A stretch of DNA of 64,000 nucleotides, taken from an uncultured Pseudomonadota bacterium. Its GTDB lineage: Bacteria > Pseudomonadota > Alphaproteobacteria > Rs-D84 > CACZYB01. Below are positions 39,618 through 50,159 of the stretch, in pieces (the first letter of the stretch is position 1; the number at the start of each line of letters is the position of its first letter). Below the pieces are notes generated by a model. It did no database searches, was not told where the DNA came from, and saw nothing but the letters and a program-made list of their open reading frames with translations. Location of the stretch: contig CACZYB010000004.1 in the NCBI GenBank assembly GCA_902785275.1, forward strand, positions 22,149 to 86,148. The letters run 5' to 3'. The position numbers and the translations under genes are program-made.

Positions 39618-40679
39618 ATGAAAATTTTACATATTATCGATGGTGACTATTTTAAAACCCACAAAAAAACTATATCTGAGTTTATTTTGGCTTTGTCCCA
39701 CGAAAATATTCAACAAAAGATATATGCTCCGGAAGGTGCGGACCTTGGATGGGTAAGTACTTTGTGTGATATTCAAAATTGGAAGGTTCCAAAGTCTGGA
39801 AAAACTAATAATTTAAAAAATAAGTTTAAAACATGGCTTTTGCTTTCTTCGTTTCATCCTGATCTTATTATTAAGTATGGAAAGACTGCACGTGAGATTG
39901 CATGGGAAACAGGTGGGGTTCAGATTTCATTTTTAAATGAAAAGGAAAATCTTTCATCCTATGAAAATACTGATTATATAATGACTAATATTGAGGATGT
40001 GTTGAATTTTGCAAAGTCGCACGGGTATAGTGGATCTCGTTCATTCTTGCTTCCACCATTTATGTATTTATATGATAACAATATTCCTGTGGACAAGCGT
40101 AGCTATTTTATTCCGGAAAAGGCAAAAATTGTTTATATTGCCGGAACATTTTTGAAAAATGTTGGTTTTGAGCGTGCATTTGATTCTGTCGGTGTCGTTT
40201 CGGATACTTATTTCTTTATTGTTGGAAGTGGTCCGGATGAGGAATATGTGAAGGACTATGCTTCACGTGTTAATATTAAGGCAAGATCAAGATTTATTCC
40301 GGAAATTGAGAAGAGTTTTGTTTCATCAAGTGTGGCTGAATTTGCTTTTTTACCATTTGATGATTCCGAACTTTCAAAATATATTTTGGAAACAATGATG
40401 CAAAAGAAATTGGTTGTGACTGTTGAAAATTCTCAATCAAAGGAATTTATTGTTGAAGGTAAGACTGGTTTCTTTGTTCCAAAAAATGATAATTATTTAA
40501 TAAAGAAGCGTTTGAAGGAAATTATTGCTTTGCCAGAGGAAGAAAAGCAAAAAATTGTTGAGGCGGGCTTCGAAGTTGCAAAACATTATATGCATAAGAA
40601 GATAATTTCTGGATATATTCAGATGTTTGAAGAATTGATAAAAAAGTATAATTCCAGAAAGAATCTTTTGAATAATTAA
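39618..40679 (+). CDS. family 1 (GT-B, GT4-like) glycosyltransferase
   Basis: The C-terminal half carries the GT-B EX7E-like region (EGKTGFFVP…). Confidence 0.65.
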   Translation: MKILHIIDGDYFKTHKKTISEFILALSHENIQQKIYAPEGADLGWVSTLCDIQNWKVPKSGKTNNLKNKFKTWLLLSSFHPDLIIKYGKTAREIAWETGGVQISFLNEKENLSSYENTDYIMTNIEDVLNFAKSHGYSGSRSFLLPPFMYLYDNNIPVDKRSYFIPEKAKIVYIAGTFLKNVGFERAFDSVGVVSDTYFFIVGSGPDEEYVKDYASRVNIKARSRFIPEIEKSFVSSSVAEFAFLPFDDSELSKYILETMMQKKLVVTVENSQSKEFIVEGKTGFFVPKNDNYLIKKRLKEIIALPEEEKQKIVEAGFEVAKHYMHKKIISGYIQMFEELIKKYNSRKNLLNN

Positions 40680-40740
40680 AAAAAATTAATAAAAAAGCCC
40701 CACAAATTTGATGTAGGGTTTTTGTTTGTTGTTATGAAAA

Positions 40741-41364
40741 CTATTGTTTTTTATCTTGCATATATTTGAATGCAATAGTCATATATTGTTTTCCGGTCCA
40801 GATTGTAAGAATGCTTGCAATTAAAAGTAAGCAAATTCCGGCAACATATACGTTGAATGTAAAGTAATCCCAGAAACTGTTATAAAATTTGTTTATATGT
40901 GGGTTGCCAAGTATTAGGCAAGCAATTGCAAAGAGTTGAGATGTGGTTTTCCATTTTGCGAGTTTCGATACAGGCATTTTTATATGGAAATTACCAAGAT
41001 ATTCACGAAGTCCGGAAACAAATATTTCACGGCAAATTATAACAGAAGCAAGAATTGTTTCGAAAACGCCGATAAATTTTGTTTGAACTAAAACTATTAA
41101 GATTGTTGCAACTAAAAGCTTGTCTGCGATTGGGTCCAAAAATCTTCCGATTTCAGAGGTTAATTTCATTTTTCGTGAAAGATAGCCATCGAAATAATCA
41201 GTTATACTTGCAAGACCGAATAAAAAGCATGCAACAACATTTGAATAGATTTCGTTATCACTGTAAAGTATGCAAAAAATTGCAGGAATGATAAGAATTC
41301 GAATGTATGTAAGTACGTTTGGTAATGCCCAAAGAAGATTTTTTTGACAATTCTTTTTTTTCAT
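40741..41364 (-). CDS. pgsA: CDP-diacylglycerol--glycerol-3-phosphate 3-phosphatidyltransferase
   Basis: It has the CDP-alcohol phosphatidyltransferase motif DG.LSR…G…DP.ADK in DGYLSRKMKLTSEIGRFLDPIADK. Confidence 0.75.
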   Translation of the reverse strand: MKKKNCQKNLLWALPNVLTYIRILIIPAIFCILYSDNEIYSNVVACFLFGLASITDYFDGYLSRKMKLTSEIGRFLDPIADKLLVATILIVLVQTKFIGVFETILASVIICREIFVSGLREYLGNFHIKMPVSKLAKWKTTSQLFAIACLILGNPHINKFYNSFWDYFTFNVYVAGICLLLIASILTIWTGKQYMTIAFKYMQDKKQ

Positions 41365-41428
41365 TTTTGTTTCCTTTGTTTCCTATACCGATACATATTA
41401 CTAGCATAAATTTTTTATTCAATAGTTT

Positions 41429-43240
41429 TTAATGAAAAGTTTTATAAATTTTTTCGGCAAGGCTTTTATTTATCCCATCAACCTTTGTAAGTTCAGAGAT
41501 ATCTGCGTTTATGATATTTTTTACACTTCCGAAGTAATTGAGAAGATTTCTTTTTTTTGTAGCACCGATACCGTCTATATCATCAAGGGCAGAACGGAAA
41601 TGTGATTTTTCACGCTTTTTTCTGTGGGTTGAGATGGCGAATCTGTGTGCTTCATCACGAATTCTTTGAAGATAGAAAAGAATAGGGTCGTTTTTCGCAA
41701 GGTTTATAGGTCTGTGTCCTTTTTGATAAAGGGTTTCTTCACCGGCATTTCGGTTTTCCCCCTTTGCAATACCGACAATAGGGGTTTCAAGTTCAAGATT
41801 GCGAATAACATTATATGCAATATCAAGCTGGCCACGTCCACCATCCACAATGATAAGGTCAGGGAGGGTATGTTCGGCTTTTGCCCGAGTATAGCGACGG
41901 GTAAGAACTTCATCCATCATTTTATAATCATCGCCGGCGATATCGGAACGGATATTATATTTGCGATAGTTGTCTTTTTGAAAACCTGTTGGACCGGCAA
42001 CAATCATAGCTCCGATTTTATCCGTACCAAAGATATGGGAGTTATCGAATACATCGATACGTTTTGGTGGAGCCTTTAGTTCGAAAAGTTTGGCTAATTC
42101 TTCCATATAATGGCGGTTATCGCGTTCTTCTAGAAACTTTCGTTCCAAATGAAGGTTTGCGTTTTGGATAACGGTATCAAGAACTCTCTTTTTATCGCCA
42201 ATTTTTGGGGTTTCAATTTGAACCTTTGATTTATTGAGTGAAGAAAGGGTTTCTTCCAATTCTTCTTTATTATATATATCAATATTGGTAAGGATAGTGT
42301 CAGGAATTTCGTTTTCGGTGTAAAATTGTTCAATAAAGGAAGTTATGATTTCGCTTTGGCTCATATCCTTTGTATGATCAGGGAACGAAGAATATTGTCC
42401 GCAAGTGACTGAATTGCGAGAGAAAAGAACCTCTATTTCATACGAATCACCCTTTGATATAAGTGCGATTATATCGGTTTTACCATCAATAGAGGAAAGT
42501 GTGTTTCGTTTCAAAATTTGGTTAAGATATGTTATTTTATCCCTGAAAATGATTGCTTTTTCATAGTTTCGTTCATCACTGGCCTTTCGCATTTCGGTGG
42601 AAAGATTATCAATAACAGTACGGTTTTCACCGTTAAGGAAGCTTATTGCATCATATACATTTTTGCGGTATTCCGCTGGGGTAATTTTGCCACAGCAAAC
42701 GCCACTGCATCGTTTTATTTGGTAAAGGAGACATGGGGTTTGTCTGTTTCTGAACATTGTGTCTTTACAGGTGCGAAGGCCGAAAACGGATTGAATCATC
42801 TTTATACTTTCGTTTACGGCAAGACTGGATGGAAAGGGACCAAAGAAGTGGGCGCCAGAGTTTCTTTCGCCACGGAATTTACCTAATCGTGGAATATCTT
42901 CCTTTGATATAGTAAGGTAAGGGTAGGTTTTATCGTCACGAAGAAGGATATTATACTTTGGATGAAGTTGTTTGATTAGGTCCTGTTCCAAAAGAAGGGC
43001 TTCGTTTTCTGTGTGGGTTTGGATTATTTCCATAGAACGGGTTTCTAAAATCATTTTTTGTATTCGTTCGGAAAGTCCATCTAAATCAGTATAGTTTTTT
43101 ATTCTTTTGTGCAGATTTTTGGCTTTTCCTACATAAAGAACATGCTTTTTTTCATCGAACATACGGTATACTCCTGGGGAATCAGGAGTATTTTTGTGAA
43201 AGTTGCGAATTATTTCAAGTCCTGTTAAATTATTTTTCAT
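41429..43240 (-). CDS. uvrC: excinuclease ABC subunit C
   Basis: It has an N-terminal GIY-YIG (GVYRMF…LYVGKAKNL), a UvrBC domain, an RNase H-like domain and a C-terminal HhH. Confidence 0.9.
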   Translation of the reverse strand: MKNNLTGLEIIRNFHKNTPDSPGVYRMFDEKKHVLYVGKAKNLHKRIKNYTDLDGLSERIQKMILETRSMEIIQTHTENEALLLEQDLIKQLHPKYNILLRDDKTYPYLTISKEDIPRLGKFRGERNSGAHFFGPFPSSLAVNESIKMIQSVFGLRTCKDTMFRNRQTPCLLYQIKRCSGVCCGKITPAEYRKNVYDAISFLNGENRTVIDNLSTEMRKASDERNYEKAIIFRDKITYLNQILKRNTLSSIDGKTDIIALISKGDSYEIEVLFSRNSVTCGQYSSFPDHTKDMSQSEIITSFIEQFYTENEIPDTILTNIDIYNKEELEETLSSLNKSKVQIETPKIGDKKRVLDTVIQNANLHLERKFLEERDNRHYMEELAKLFELKAPPKRIDVFDNSHIFGTDKIGAMIVAGPTGFQKDNYRKYNIRSDIAGDDYKMMDEVLTRRYTRAKAEHTLPDLIIVDGGRGQLDIAYNVIRNLELETPIVGIAKGENRNAGEETLYQKGHRPINLAKNDPILFYLQRIRDEAHRFAISTHRKKREKSHFRSALDDIDGIGATKKRNLLNYFGSVKNIINADISELTKVDGINKSLAEKIYKTFH

Positions 43241-43336
43241 TTTAGTGTTGCAGAGGTCCTTTTTTTGTGCTATAATGTAGTCAGTATTTATTTAATAGTA
43301 TACTAAATTAAAAAAAAATAAAGGGAGAAAATACAA

Positions 43337-43834
43337 ATGTTATTAAGAAAAAATGATTCCGGACGTTCTATCGTTGAAATGCTCGGTGTTTTGGCTATTA
43401 TGGGTGTTATCACAGTTATGGGTATTTCTGGTTATTCTCAGGCTATTGGTAAAATTAACAGAAACAACGTTGTTGAACAAGTTACAAAGCTTGCTCAGGA
43501 AACACGTGGTGTTTTTGCTGGAAGAACTTCTTATAACGAAGCTGATGATAAAACGGAAGAAAATGATATTGGTGAGAGTATTTTGAAAAAGATGGGTTTG
43601 AAACTTGAAACACCATATGGTGGTAGGTATACTGTTAAATCTGTTAACTCAACAGGTAATAATCCAGGTTTTGTTGTTTCAATTCCAAATGTATCAGTAG
43701 AAGATTGTTTATACTTTACAACAATGTCATGGATGGATACTCTTGATCCAACAATTTCTAAAGTAGAAAATAAAGCTTATGCTGATAGTGCTTGTGCTGA
43801 TGAAACTGACACTATTAGAGTTTACTTCAGATAG
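43337..43834 (+). CDS. type IV pilin/pseudopilin-like protein (prepilin-type N-terminal cleavage/methylation domain)
   Basis: A short basic leader is followed by G|RSIVE with Glu at +5, then a hydrophobic helix (MLGVLAIMGVITVMGISGY). Two Cys lie near the C-terminus. Confidence 0.65.
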   Translation: MLLRKNDSGRSIVEMLGVLAIMGVITVMGISGYSQAIGKINRNNVVEQVTKLAQETRGVFAGRTSYNEADDKTEENDIGESILKKMGLKLETPYGGRYTVKSVNSTGNNPGFVVSIPNVSVEDCLYFTTMSWMDTLDPTISKVENKAYADSACADETDTIRVYFR

Positions 43835-43858
43835 TATTTGTTTTGTAAATGGTTTATG

Positions 43859-43893
43859 TCCGCTGGGGGTTAAAAATTCCGGCGGATTTTTTT
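43859..43893 (+). terminator. possible terminator after pilin-like gene
   Basis: The hairpin TCCGC…GCGGA is followed by T7. The loop is long, so the call is weak. Confidence 0.3.
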
Positions 43894-44017
43894 ATTTGAT
43901 GGGGATTTTGTGTCTTAACCATTCTATTGTCAAAATATACAAATAAATACTTTACTTTCCCTTTGGAATAATCTATTATGTGAAGATATTATTTAAAAAA
44001 TAGAAAAAGGCTTTAAA

Positions 44018-46594
44018 ATGACTATTAATCCTGATGATTTATATAAATTCCAAGAAGATAATGGATATTTCAAACCAAATCCTGAAAGTAACAAAAAAAC
44101 ATTTACTATTATGATACCACCTCCTAATGTTACGGGGCAACTTCATCTTGGTCATGCGTTTACTATGACTATGCAGGATATTATCATTCGTTACAAAAGA
44201 ATGATGGGGTTTGATTGCTTGCTTTTGCCTGGTACTGATCATGCGGCGATTGCAACACAGATGATTGTTGAAAAACAACTTACACAGAAGGGAATTTATC
44301 GTCGTGAAATTGGTCGTGCAAAGTTCCTTGATTATGTTTGGGAATGGAAGGCTGAATGTGCTGGTAATATTACAAGACAGCTTCGCAGACTTGGGTATTC
44401 ATCTGATTGGTCAAGGGAACGTTTCACTATGGATGAGGGTATGAGTGAGGCAGTGAAAGAAGCCTTTATCAGACTTTATAATGATGGACTTATTTATAAG
44501 GCAAATCGTCTTGTAAACTGGGATCCGGTTATGCTTACATCTGTTTCGGATTTGGAAGTTATTATGAAGGAAACTGCGGGTTCAATGTGGCATATACGCT
44601 ATGATATTGATGGCAGTGATGAATCAATTATTGTTGCGACAACAAGACCTGAAACAATGCTTGGCGATAGTGGTGTTGCTGTAAATCCAAACGATGAACG
44701 TTTCAAACACCTTATTGGAAAAAAGGCTATTCTTCCTATAATTGGTAGAAAGATTGAAATTGTTGGTGATGATTATGCCGATATGACAAAGGGTACCGGT
44801 GCGGTGAAGATTACTCCTGCACATGATTTTAATGATTACGAAGTTGGTAAACGTCACAATCTTCCTGTGATGAATATATTTACCGAAACTGCAAAAATTG
44901 ATGTTAAGCAAATTTATGATGCAAATGATTTTGTGAAATCTTTGGATGGACTTGACAGATTTGAGGCAAGAAAGCTTATAGTTGAAAAGTTGAAAGAACT
45001 TGGCAACCTTGTAAAGATTGAGCCATATTCTCATCAGGTGCCACATGCGGAACGTGGTGGTGCAGTGATTGAGCCAAGACTTACCGAACAATGGTATTGT
45101 AACGTTTCTGAAATGGCAAAGAAGGCTATTGAATTTGTTAAAGAGGAAAAGATTAAGTTCGTTCCAAAAATGTGGGAAAATACTTTCTTCTCTTGGCTTG
45201 AAAATATTCAACCTTGGTGTATTTCGAGACAGCTTTGGTGGGGACATCAAATTCCTGCGTACTATACTGATGATGGCAAAGTTTTTGTCGCAAAATCTTT
45301 GGCTGAAGCACAAAAGATGGCAGGCGAGGGTGTTCATTTAACTCAGGATGAAGATAGTCTTGATACTTGGTTTTCATCTGGACTTTGGCCTATGTCAACA
45401 CTTGGTTGGCCAAATACTGAAGCACCGGATTATGCACACTATTTCCCTACATCAACTTTGATTACCGGATTTGATATTATATTCTTCTGGGTTGCAAGGA
45501 TGATTATGTTCAGTATTTACTTTACTGGAAAGGCTCCATTCGACACAGTTGTTCTTCATGGACTTGTTCGTGATGAACATGGTCAAAAGATGAGTAAGAC
45601 AAAGGGTAATGTTATTAATCCGCTTGAGCTTATTGACGAATTTGGTATTGATGCGGTTCGTTGGACAATTTGTACTTTGTCGGGACAGGGGCGTGATATG
45701 AACTTTGGTCGTTCACTTGTTGAAAATGGACGTAAGTTTATTACAAAGCTTAGAAATGCAGTTAATTTCTGGGAGCAAAAGGGTGTGAAGAATGCCGGCG
45801 ATTTTGATGCATCTAAATCTGTTGCTTCTACAAACTGGATTTTGGATAAGATGAATAAGGCGATTGATAGTGCAACTGTTGCAATTGAAAATTATCGTTA
45901 TGATGAGTATGCACAGACACTTTATCATTTCGTCTGGGATGATTTTTGTGACAACTTTATTGAACTTTCGAAAACAGAAATGGATGGTGAAAATAAGGAT
46001 GTAATTTTGTCTGGTGCAAAGCTTGTCCTTAAAAATATTTTAAAGATGTTGCAACCTGTTATTCCATTTGTATCAGCAGAGCTTTATGAAGAGCTTGGCT
46101 TTGGTCCTGCAAAAGACTTTATCAAAGAATCATTTGCAGAAAAGGTAAGTGTTGATACATCGAATACTTCGGATATTGACTGGATGCTTAATGTAATTTC
46201 TGCGATAAGAAATATCAGGGCGGAACATAACATTGGGTTTAAAACTGAACTTTGTGTTGCATTTAAATCAATTCCAGAAAATGGAAAGAATTATATTTCT
46301 GTGATAGAAACTCATACAAACACAAAGTGTGGTGATGCAACAGATGATATGATAAGTTCTGTTATTGATGAAAAAACAACTTTGCTTATTGCACTTCCTT
46401 CAGTTGATAAAAATGAAGTTATTGCAAAGGCAAAGGCTGAACTTCAGGATGTTGAAAAACGTATTGCAAGTTTGAATGCTCAGATTGCAAAGATGGAGGG
46501 TAAGGCTCCTGCTCAGGTTATTGAAGATAGAAAAAAGAGTCTTGCTGATGCAATTAGTAAAAAAACTCAATTAGAGGAAATTATTGGAGGTTAA
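44018..46594 (+). CDS. valS: valyl-tRNA synthetase
   Basis: It has the class I HIGH-type motif (PNVTGQLHLGHA), KMSKS, and a C-terminal coiled coil. Confidence 0.95.
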   Translation: MTINPDDLYKFQEDNGYFKPNPESNKKTFTIMIPPPNVTGQLHLGHAFTMTMQDIIIRYKRMMGFDCLLLPGTDHAAIATQMIVEKQLTQKGIYRREIGRAKFLDYVWEWKAECAGNITRQLRRLGYSSDWSRERFTMDEGMSEAVKEAFIRLYNDGLIYKANRLVNWDPVMLTSVSDLEVIMKETAGSMWHIRYDIDGSDESIIVATTRPETMLGDSGVAVNPNDERFKHLIGKKAILPIIGRKIEIVGDDYADMTKGTGAVKITPAHDFNDYEVGKRHNLPVMNIFTETAKIDVKQIYDANDFVKSLDGLDRFEARKLIVEKLKELGNLVKIEPYSHQVPHAERGGAVIEPRLTEQWYCNVSEMAKKAIEFVKEEKIKFVPKMWENTFFSWLENIQPWCISRQLWWGHQIPAYYTDDGKVFVAKSLAEAQKMAGEGVHLTQDEDSLDTWFSSGLWPMSTLGWPNTEAPDYAHYFPTSTLITGFDIIFFWVARMIMFSIYFTGKAPFDTVVLHGLVRDEHGQKMSKTKGNVINPLELIDEFGIDAVRWTICTLSGQGRDMNFGRSLVENGRKFITKLRNAVNFWEQKGVKNAGDFDASKSVASTNWILDKMNKAIDSATVAIENYRYDEYAQTLYHFVWDDFCDNFIELSKTEMDGENKDVILSGAKLVLKNILKMLQPVIPFVSAELYEELGFGPAKDFIKESFAEKVSVDTSNTSDIDWMLNVISAIRNIRAEHNIGFKTELCVAFKSIPENGKNYISVIETHTNTKCGDATDDMISSVIDEKTTLLIALPSVDKNEVIAKAKAELQDVEKRIASLNAQIAKMEGKAPAQVIEDRKKSLADAISKKTQLEEIIGG

Positions 46595-47226
46595 TGATGA
46601 GTGAGTTTTTGGATATCTATGATGAAAACGGAAATCATATTGGTGTAGAAGACAGAAATATTGTTCATCAAGATGGTTTGTGGCACAAGACAATTCATTG
46701 TTGGATTGTAAAAGATAAAAATCATATTCTTTTCCAAAAACGTTCAAGCAAATTATTGGATAATCCAAATAAACTTTATACAACTTCAAGTGGTCACGTT
46801 CAGGTTGGGGAAACTTTGCATGATGCGTTTGTTAGGGAAGTTTCTGAAGAACTTGGAATTTCAGTATCAAAGCCACAAAAGCTTTTTGAACAAGTTTATA
46901 AAACTGATTTTATGAGAAAGGATAATTCCGAATATCATGATAGGGCTTTTTGTAATGTGTTTTTTGCTTTTTGTGATTTGCCATTGACTGAATATCGCTT
47001 GCAAGAGGAAGAGCTTGACGGTATTGTCGAAGTTGATATTCGTGAAGTGCTTGCTTTGTTTAAAGGTGAGGTAGAAAAGATTAATTCTACTATGTATTTA
47101 GTTGAAGATGGTGTATATTCTTTGGAAAAAAAAGAACTTGGTCTTTCGAATTTTCTTTGCAATCCAACAGAAACATATTATGAAAAATATGGCAGAGTTT
47201 TAGAAGAAATTTTAAAACTTATATAA
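46594..47226 (+). CDS. NUDIX hydrolase
   Basis: It has a Nudix box, GHVQVGETLHDAFVREVSEELGI. Its start overlaps the valS stop (TAATG). Confidence 0.7.
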   Translation: MMSEFLDIYDENGNHIGVEDRNIVHQDGLWHKTIHCWIVKDKNHILFQKRSSKLLDNPNKLYTTSSGHVQVGETLHDAFVREVSEELGISVSKPQKLFEQVYKTDFMRKDNSEYHDRAFCNVFFAFCDLPLTEYRLQEEELDGIVEVDIREVLALFKGEVEKINSTMYLVEDGVYSLEKKELGLSNFLCNPTETYYEKYGRVLEEILKLI

Positions 47227-47245
47227 TTTTATTTAGATTTTTATT

Positions 47246-47686
47246 CTACTGATTACCCTGTGTACCGACTGAATTGAAACGACCGATATTTCCGAAAAGT
47301 TCGGCAAAGAAGCCAATCTTTATATCAGCAGGAAGCTCTGTTTTTGCACTTTCGTTTGTGCTCATATCTGCTTTTGCAATATTGGAAAGGTTTATGTCCT
47401 TTATATTATCAGCAGAATCAAAACTTATCGTTAGGATTTCGTATTTTGAAAACTTTGGATCTAAGAAAGCCCAAATTTCACCCTTTGATGTATAGTAATA
47501 CCATTTTTCAGGACCGACAAAGTTTGTTGCAGCAGGAGAACCTAAAATTTCAAGCACATTAGCCTTTGTTTTGGCATTTTGAATTTGTTCCATTTGGTGT
47601 GGTCGTATTGGAACACCGCCACGATATTCCTTTGTTATACAAGCACATAGTGTTAAAACCAAACTTAAAACAAATAATTTTTTCAT
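47246..47686 (-). CDS. bamE: BamE (SmpA/OmlA)-like outer-membrane lipoprotein
   Basis: It has a lipobox (LTLCAC). Its core resembles BamE (…KTKANVLEILGSP…EKWYYYT…). Confidence 0.5.
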   Translation of the reverse strand: MKKLFVLSLVLTLCACITKEYRGGVPIRPHQMEQIQNAKTKANVLEILGSPAATNFVGPEKWYYYTSKGEIWAFLDPKFSKYEILTISFDSADNIKDINLSNIAKADMSTNESAKTELPADIKIGFFAELFGNIGRFNSVGTQGNQ

Positions 47687-47797
47687 TTTTTTCTCCTTTG
47701 CATTAAATTATATCAACTAAATTTAAGATGTCTATTTTTTTATTGAGAAAGTTTTTTTTATGTTATATTATTAATATATATTTATAGGAGAGAGAAA

Positions 47798-50137
47798 TTG
47801 AAAAAATTCTTACAAATAGTTTTGGTATTTTTGTGCTTTTCAAATGAAGCATATTCTGCAACAAAAAAACGTTCTGTAAAAAAGACAACTACAAAATCAG
47901 TTAATTATGCAACACCGACACAGGATCAATGCAATATCGATATTGATTATTGTTTTAACAGATATTGTTTTGATAAAAAAACATTAAGCGAAGGTGTGTA
48001 TTCAAAGTGTGGTGCGGAACCTGCATCTACTATACTTATAAATGTTGAAGATTGTTTGGCAACACGTGCAGTGATAAAAAATTTGAATTTGCAAAATGGT
48101 TGTAAATCTTACTCCTATAATCGAATTATTTCTTTGTTGGAAAATAAGGATGCTATAGAAGTCGGTATGAAGAAAAATACAAAGGAATGTGCAAAAGCAA
48201 CCAAGGCTCTTCAGGCGGCAAAAGAATGTTATGCTGCGATGATTTCATCTGATGGTTCTTCATCGGTTGAGCTTTATAATAGGCTTGATAAACTTTGCGG
48301 GTTTGAGGCAAGTGGTGATAGCTATATGCTTAACAGATTTTATCAGGCAGGTGATTATGGTGATTCGAATGTTGGTGCATTGGAGGATTTGCGTTTAAGT
48401 GGGCAAAATACTCAAAAGCGTGAAAATTGGCGTCAGGTTGTGGATGCAACTTTGGCTGGATATACCGAGATTGCTGAGCTTGCTTGCGGTGCGGAGGATT
48501 ATAAACTTACAAAAGTAAATCAATATGATTTGGATAGCCGTGAAAATACAAAGATGATTGCGTTGGAGGCAGAGGCAAAAGAAATGGGAAAGCAAACTGC
48601 AAACCGAATCGTTAATCATTGGTTCAGAGAGACAGACTGTATCAACTCTCCACTTCCTGTGGGTGGACTTTATTGGGATTATAAAAAAGGAAGAAGTCCG
48701 GATTGTATGATAGTTTGTAAAGAGGGATATGTTATTGGAAAGAATTCAAGTACTTGTGTGAAAGAAGTTGATGATATCCAAGAAACTTATATTGGGCTTA
48801 ATATTGGAACCGATTGGGTTGGTGCAAATAAGAAATCTCAACAAAAGGAAGAACCAACTCCTACTCCAACACCTGTACCAAGTGGAAGGGGAGTTGTTGT
48901 TTCTGATACTTGTACAAAGGATGGAAAAACAAAGCAAACTTGGTCGCCAAAGGCTGGTATAAAAGGTGTTTGCGATGTATTTTTCCCAAATTGTCATTCA
49001 AGATATTATTGCCGTCATACCGGTGCGGATGGAGAGTATTTTGTTACTGGTTCATCACGTGGCAGTTATGATAGTTGGTATGATATGAAGTTGAGTAATG
49101 ATAACGGACAAGATTTGAATACTATATTTAAAACTTCGTATTCAAGATTTGGTGATGAATACAAAGATTATCTTTCTGCTGATGTTAAACGTGAGTGTGA
49201 AAAATTGTGTAATGGTAAAGTTACAGAAGTAAAGCAAGGTTATTCTGCAGGAAGTATTACCTGTAATGATGTAAATAGCGTTATGAGAAATTATTCAGAA
49301 GGTTATGTTGTTGAATTTGGTAGATATGTAAAGGAAAACGCAGATAAGTTTTCTAGTGAATGTAGAGCTATTAACTTAGGTTATTTAACTTCAGATAATG
49401 GAACTAAAATGCCAATAACATTTGCTTCATTTCCAGAATGGACAAGGTTATATTATGAATATACCAGAAAAACTATGGGAAGAGAAAAAAGTGATGGCTT
49501 TATACAAAATGTTAGAAAATCTACTTATGTTGCACAGAATGCTGCACTTCCTTTGGCTCGTGCTATAAAAGAGTGTGTATGTAAGGATGGAACACAAAAA
49601 AATACAGGTGACTGTCAATTACCATCTGTTCCAAATTCTTGGAATCCTGAAGTTGTTGAAAAATATATTTCATTCTTAAATAGTTATACAGGTTCTTGTC
49701 CTAAAGGAAATGAAGAACTTTGGAAACGTTATAGAAACTTTTTATCAACATCATCAAATAAATATGACTTAGCAAGTTATGGTTTAGATATATATGACAA
49801 TCTTTATTATGATATGTTACAGTTGAGAAGATGTGTTTGTAAGAATGCTTCTAAAACAAGTAGTGAGACTAATAGTGCAAATGGAAAATCAAGTAAATCG
49901 AGTGATGATTGTCCGTTACCTAAGGCTAATGCATATAAAGATTCTGTTGTTTTGAAATACATAGATTTCCTTGATAATTCTTATAAGGGAATGTGTGGAA
50001 ATAGATCAAAGTATGTTCATTTTGAAGAGTACTATGCAGAAAATCGAGTTGGCCCAGCTATGGATTTTAAATATTTGCAAAACCTTGATAATGAAATGAT
50101 TGAATTTAGAAAGTGTGTTTGTTCTGATAAAAAATAA
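47798..50137 (+). CDS. large cysteine-rich secreted protein with repeated C-terminal 'CVCK' modules, function unknown
   Basis: It has a signal peptide (MKKFLQIVLVFLCFSNEAYSA), ~50 Cys over 779 aa, and three C-terminal repeats centred on (R/K)(R/E/K)CVC(K/S). Confidence 0.55.
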   Translation: MKKFLQIVLVFLCFSNEAYSATKKRSVKKTTTKSVNYATPTQDQCNIDIDYCFNRYCFDKKTLSEGVYSKCGAEPASTILINVEDCLATRAVIKNLNLQNGCKSYSYNRIISLLENKDAIEVGMKKNTKECAKATKALQAAKECYAAMISSDGSSSVELYNRLDKLCGFEASGDSYMLNRFYQAGDYGDSNVGALEDLRLSGQNTQKRENWRQVVDATLAGYTEIAELACGAEDYKLTKVNQYDLDSRENTKMIALEAEAKEMGKQTANRIVNHWFRETDCINSPLPVGGLYWDYKKGRSPDCMIVCKEGYVIGKNSSTCVKEVDDIQETYIGLNIGTDWVGANKKSQQKEEPTPTPTPVPSGRGVVVSDTCTKDGKTKQTWSPKAGIKGVCDVFFPNCHSRYYCRHTGADGEYFVTGSSRGSYDSWYDMKLSNDNGQDLNTIFKTSYSRFGDEYKDYLSADVKRECEKLCNGKVTEVKQGYSAGSITCNDVNSVMRNYSEGYVVEFGRYVKENADKFSSECRAINLGYLTSDNGTKMPITFASFPEWTRLYYEYTRKTMGREKSDGFIQNVRKSTYVAQNAALPLARAIKECVCKDGTQKNTGDCQLPSVPNSWNPEVVEKYISFLNSYTGSCPKGNEELWKRYRNFLSTSSNKYDLASYGLDIYDNLYYDMLQLRRCVCKNASKTSSETNSANGKSSKSSDDCPLPKANAYKDSVVLKYIDFLDNSYKGMCGNRSKYVHFEEYYAENRVGPAMDFKYLQNLDNEMIEFRKCVCSDKK

Positions 50138-50159
50138 TCAACACTGAATGTAAAGGTTA

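Noticed and set aside
44624-45337. 237-aa minus-strand ORF inside valS
   Set aside because: It is antisense to valS.
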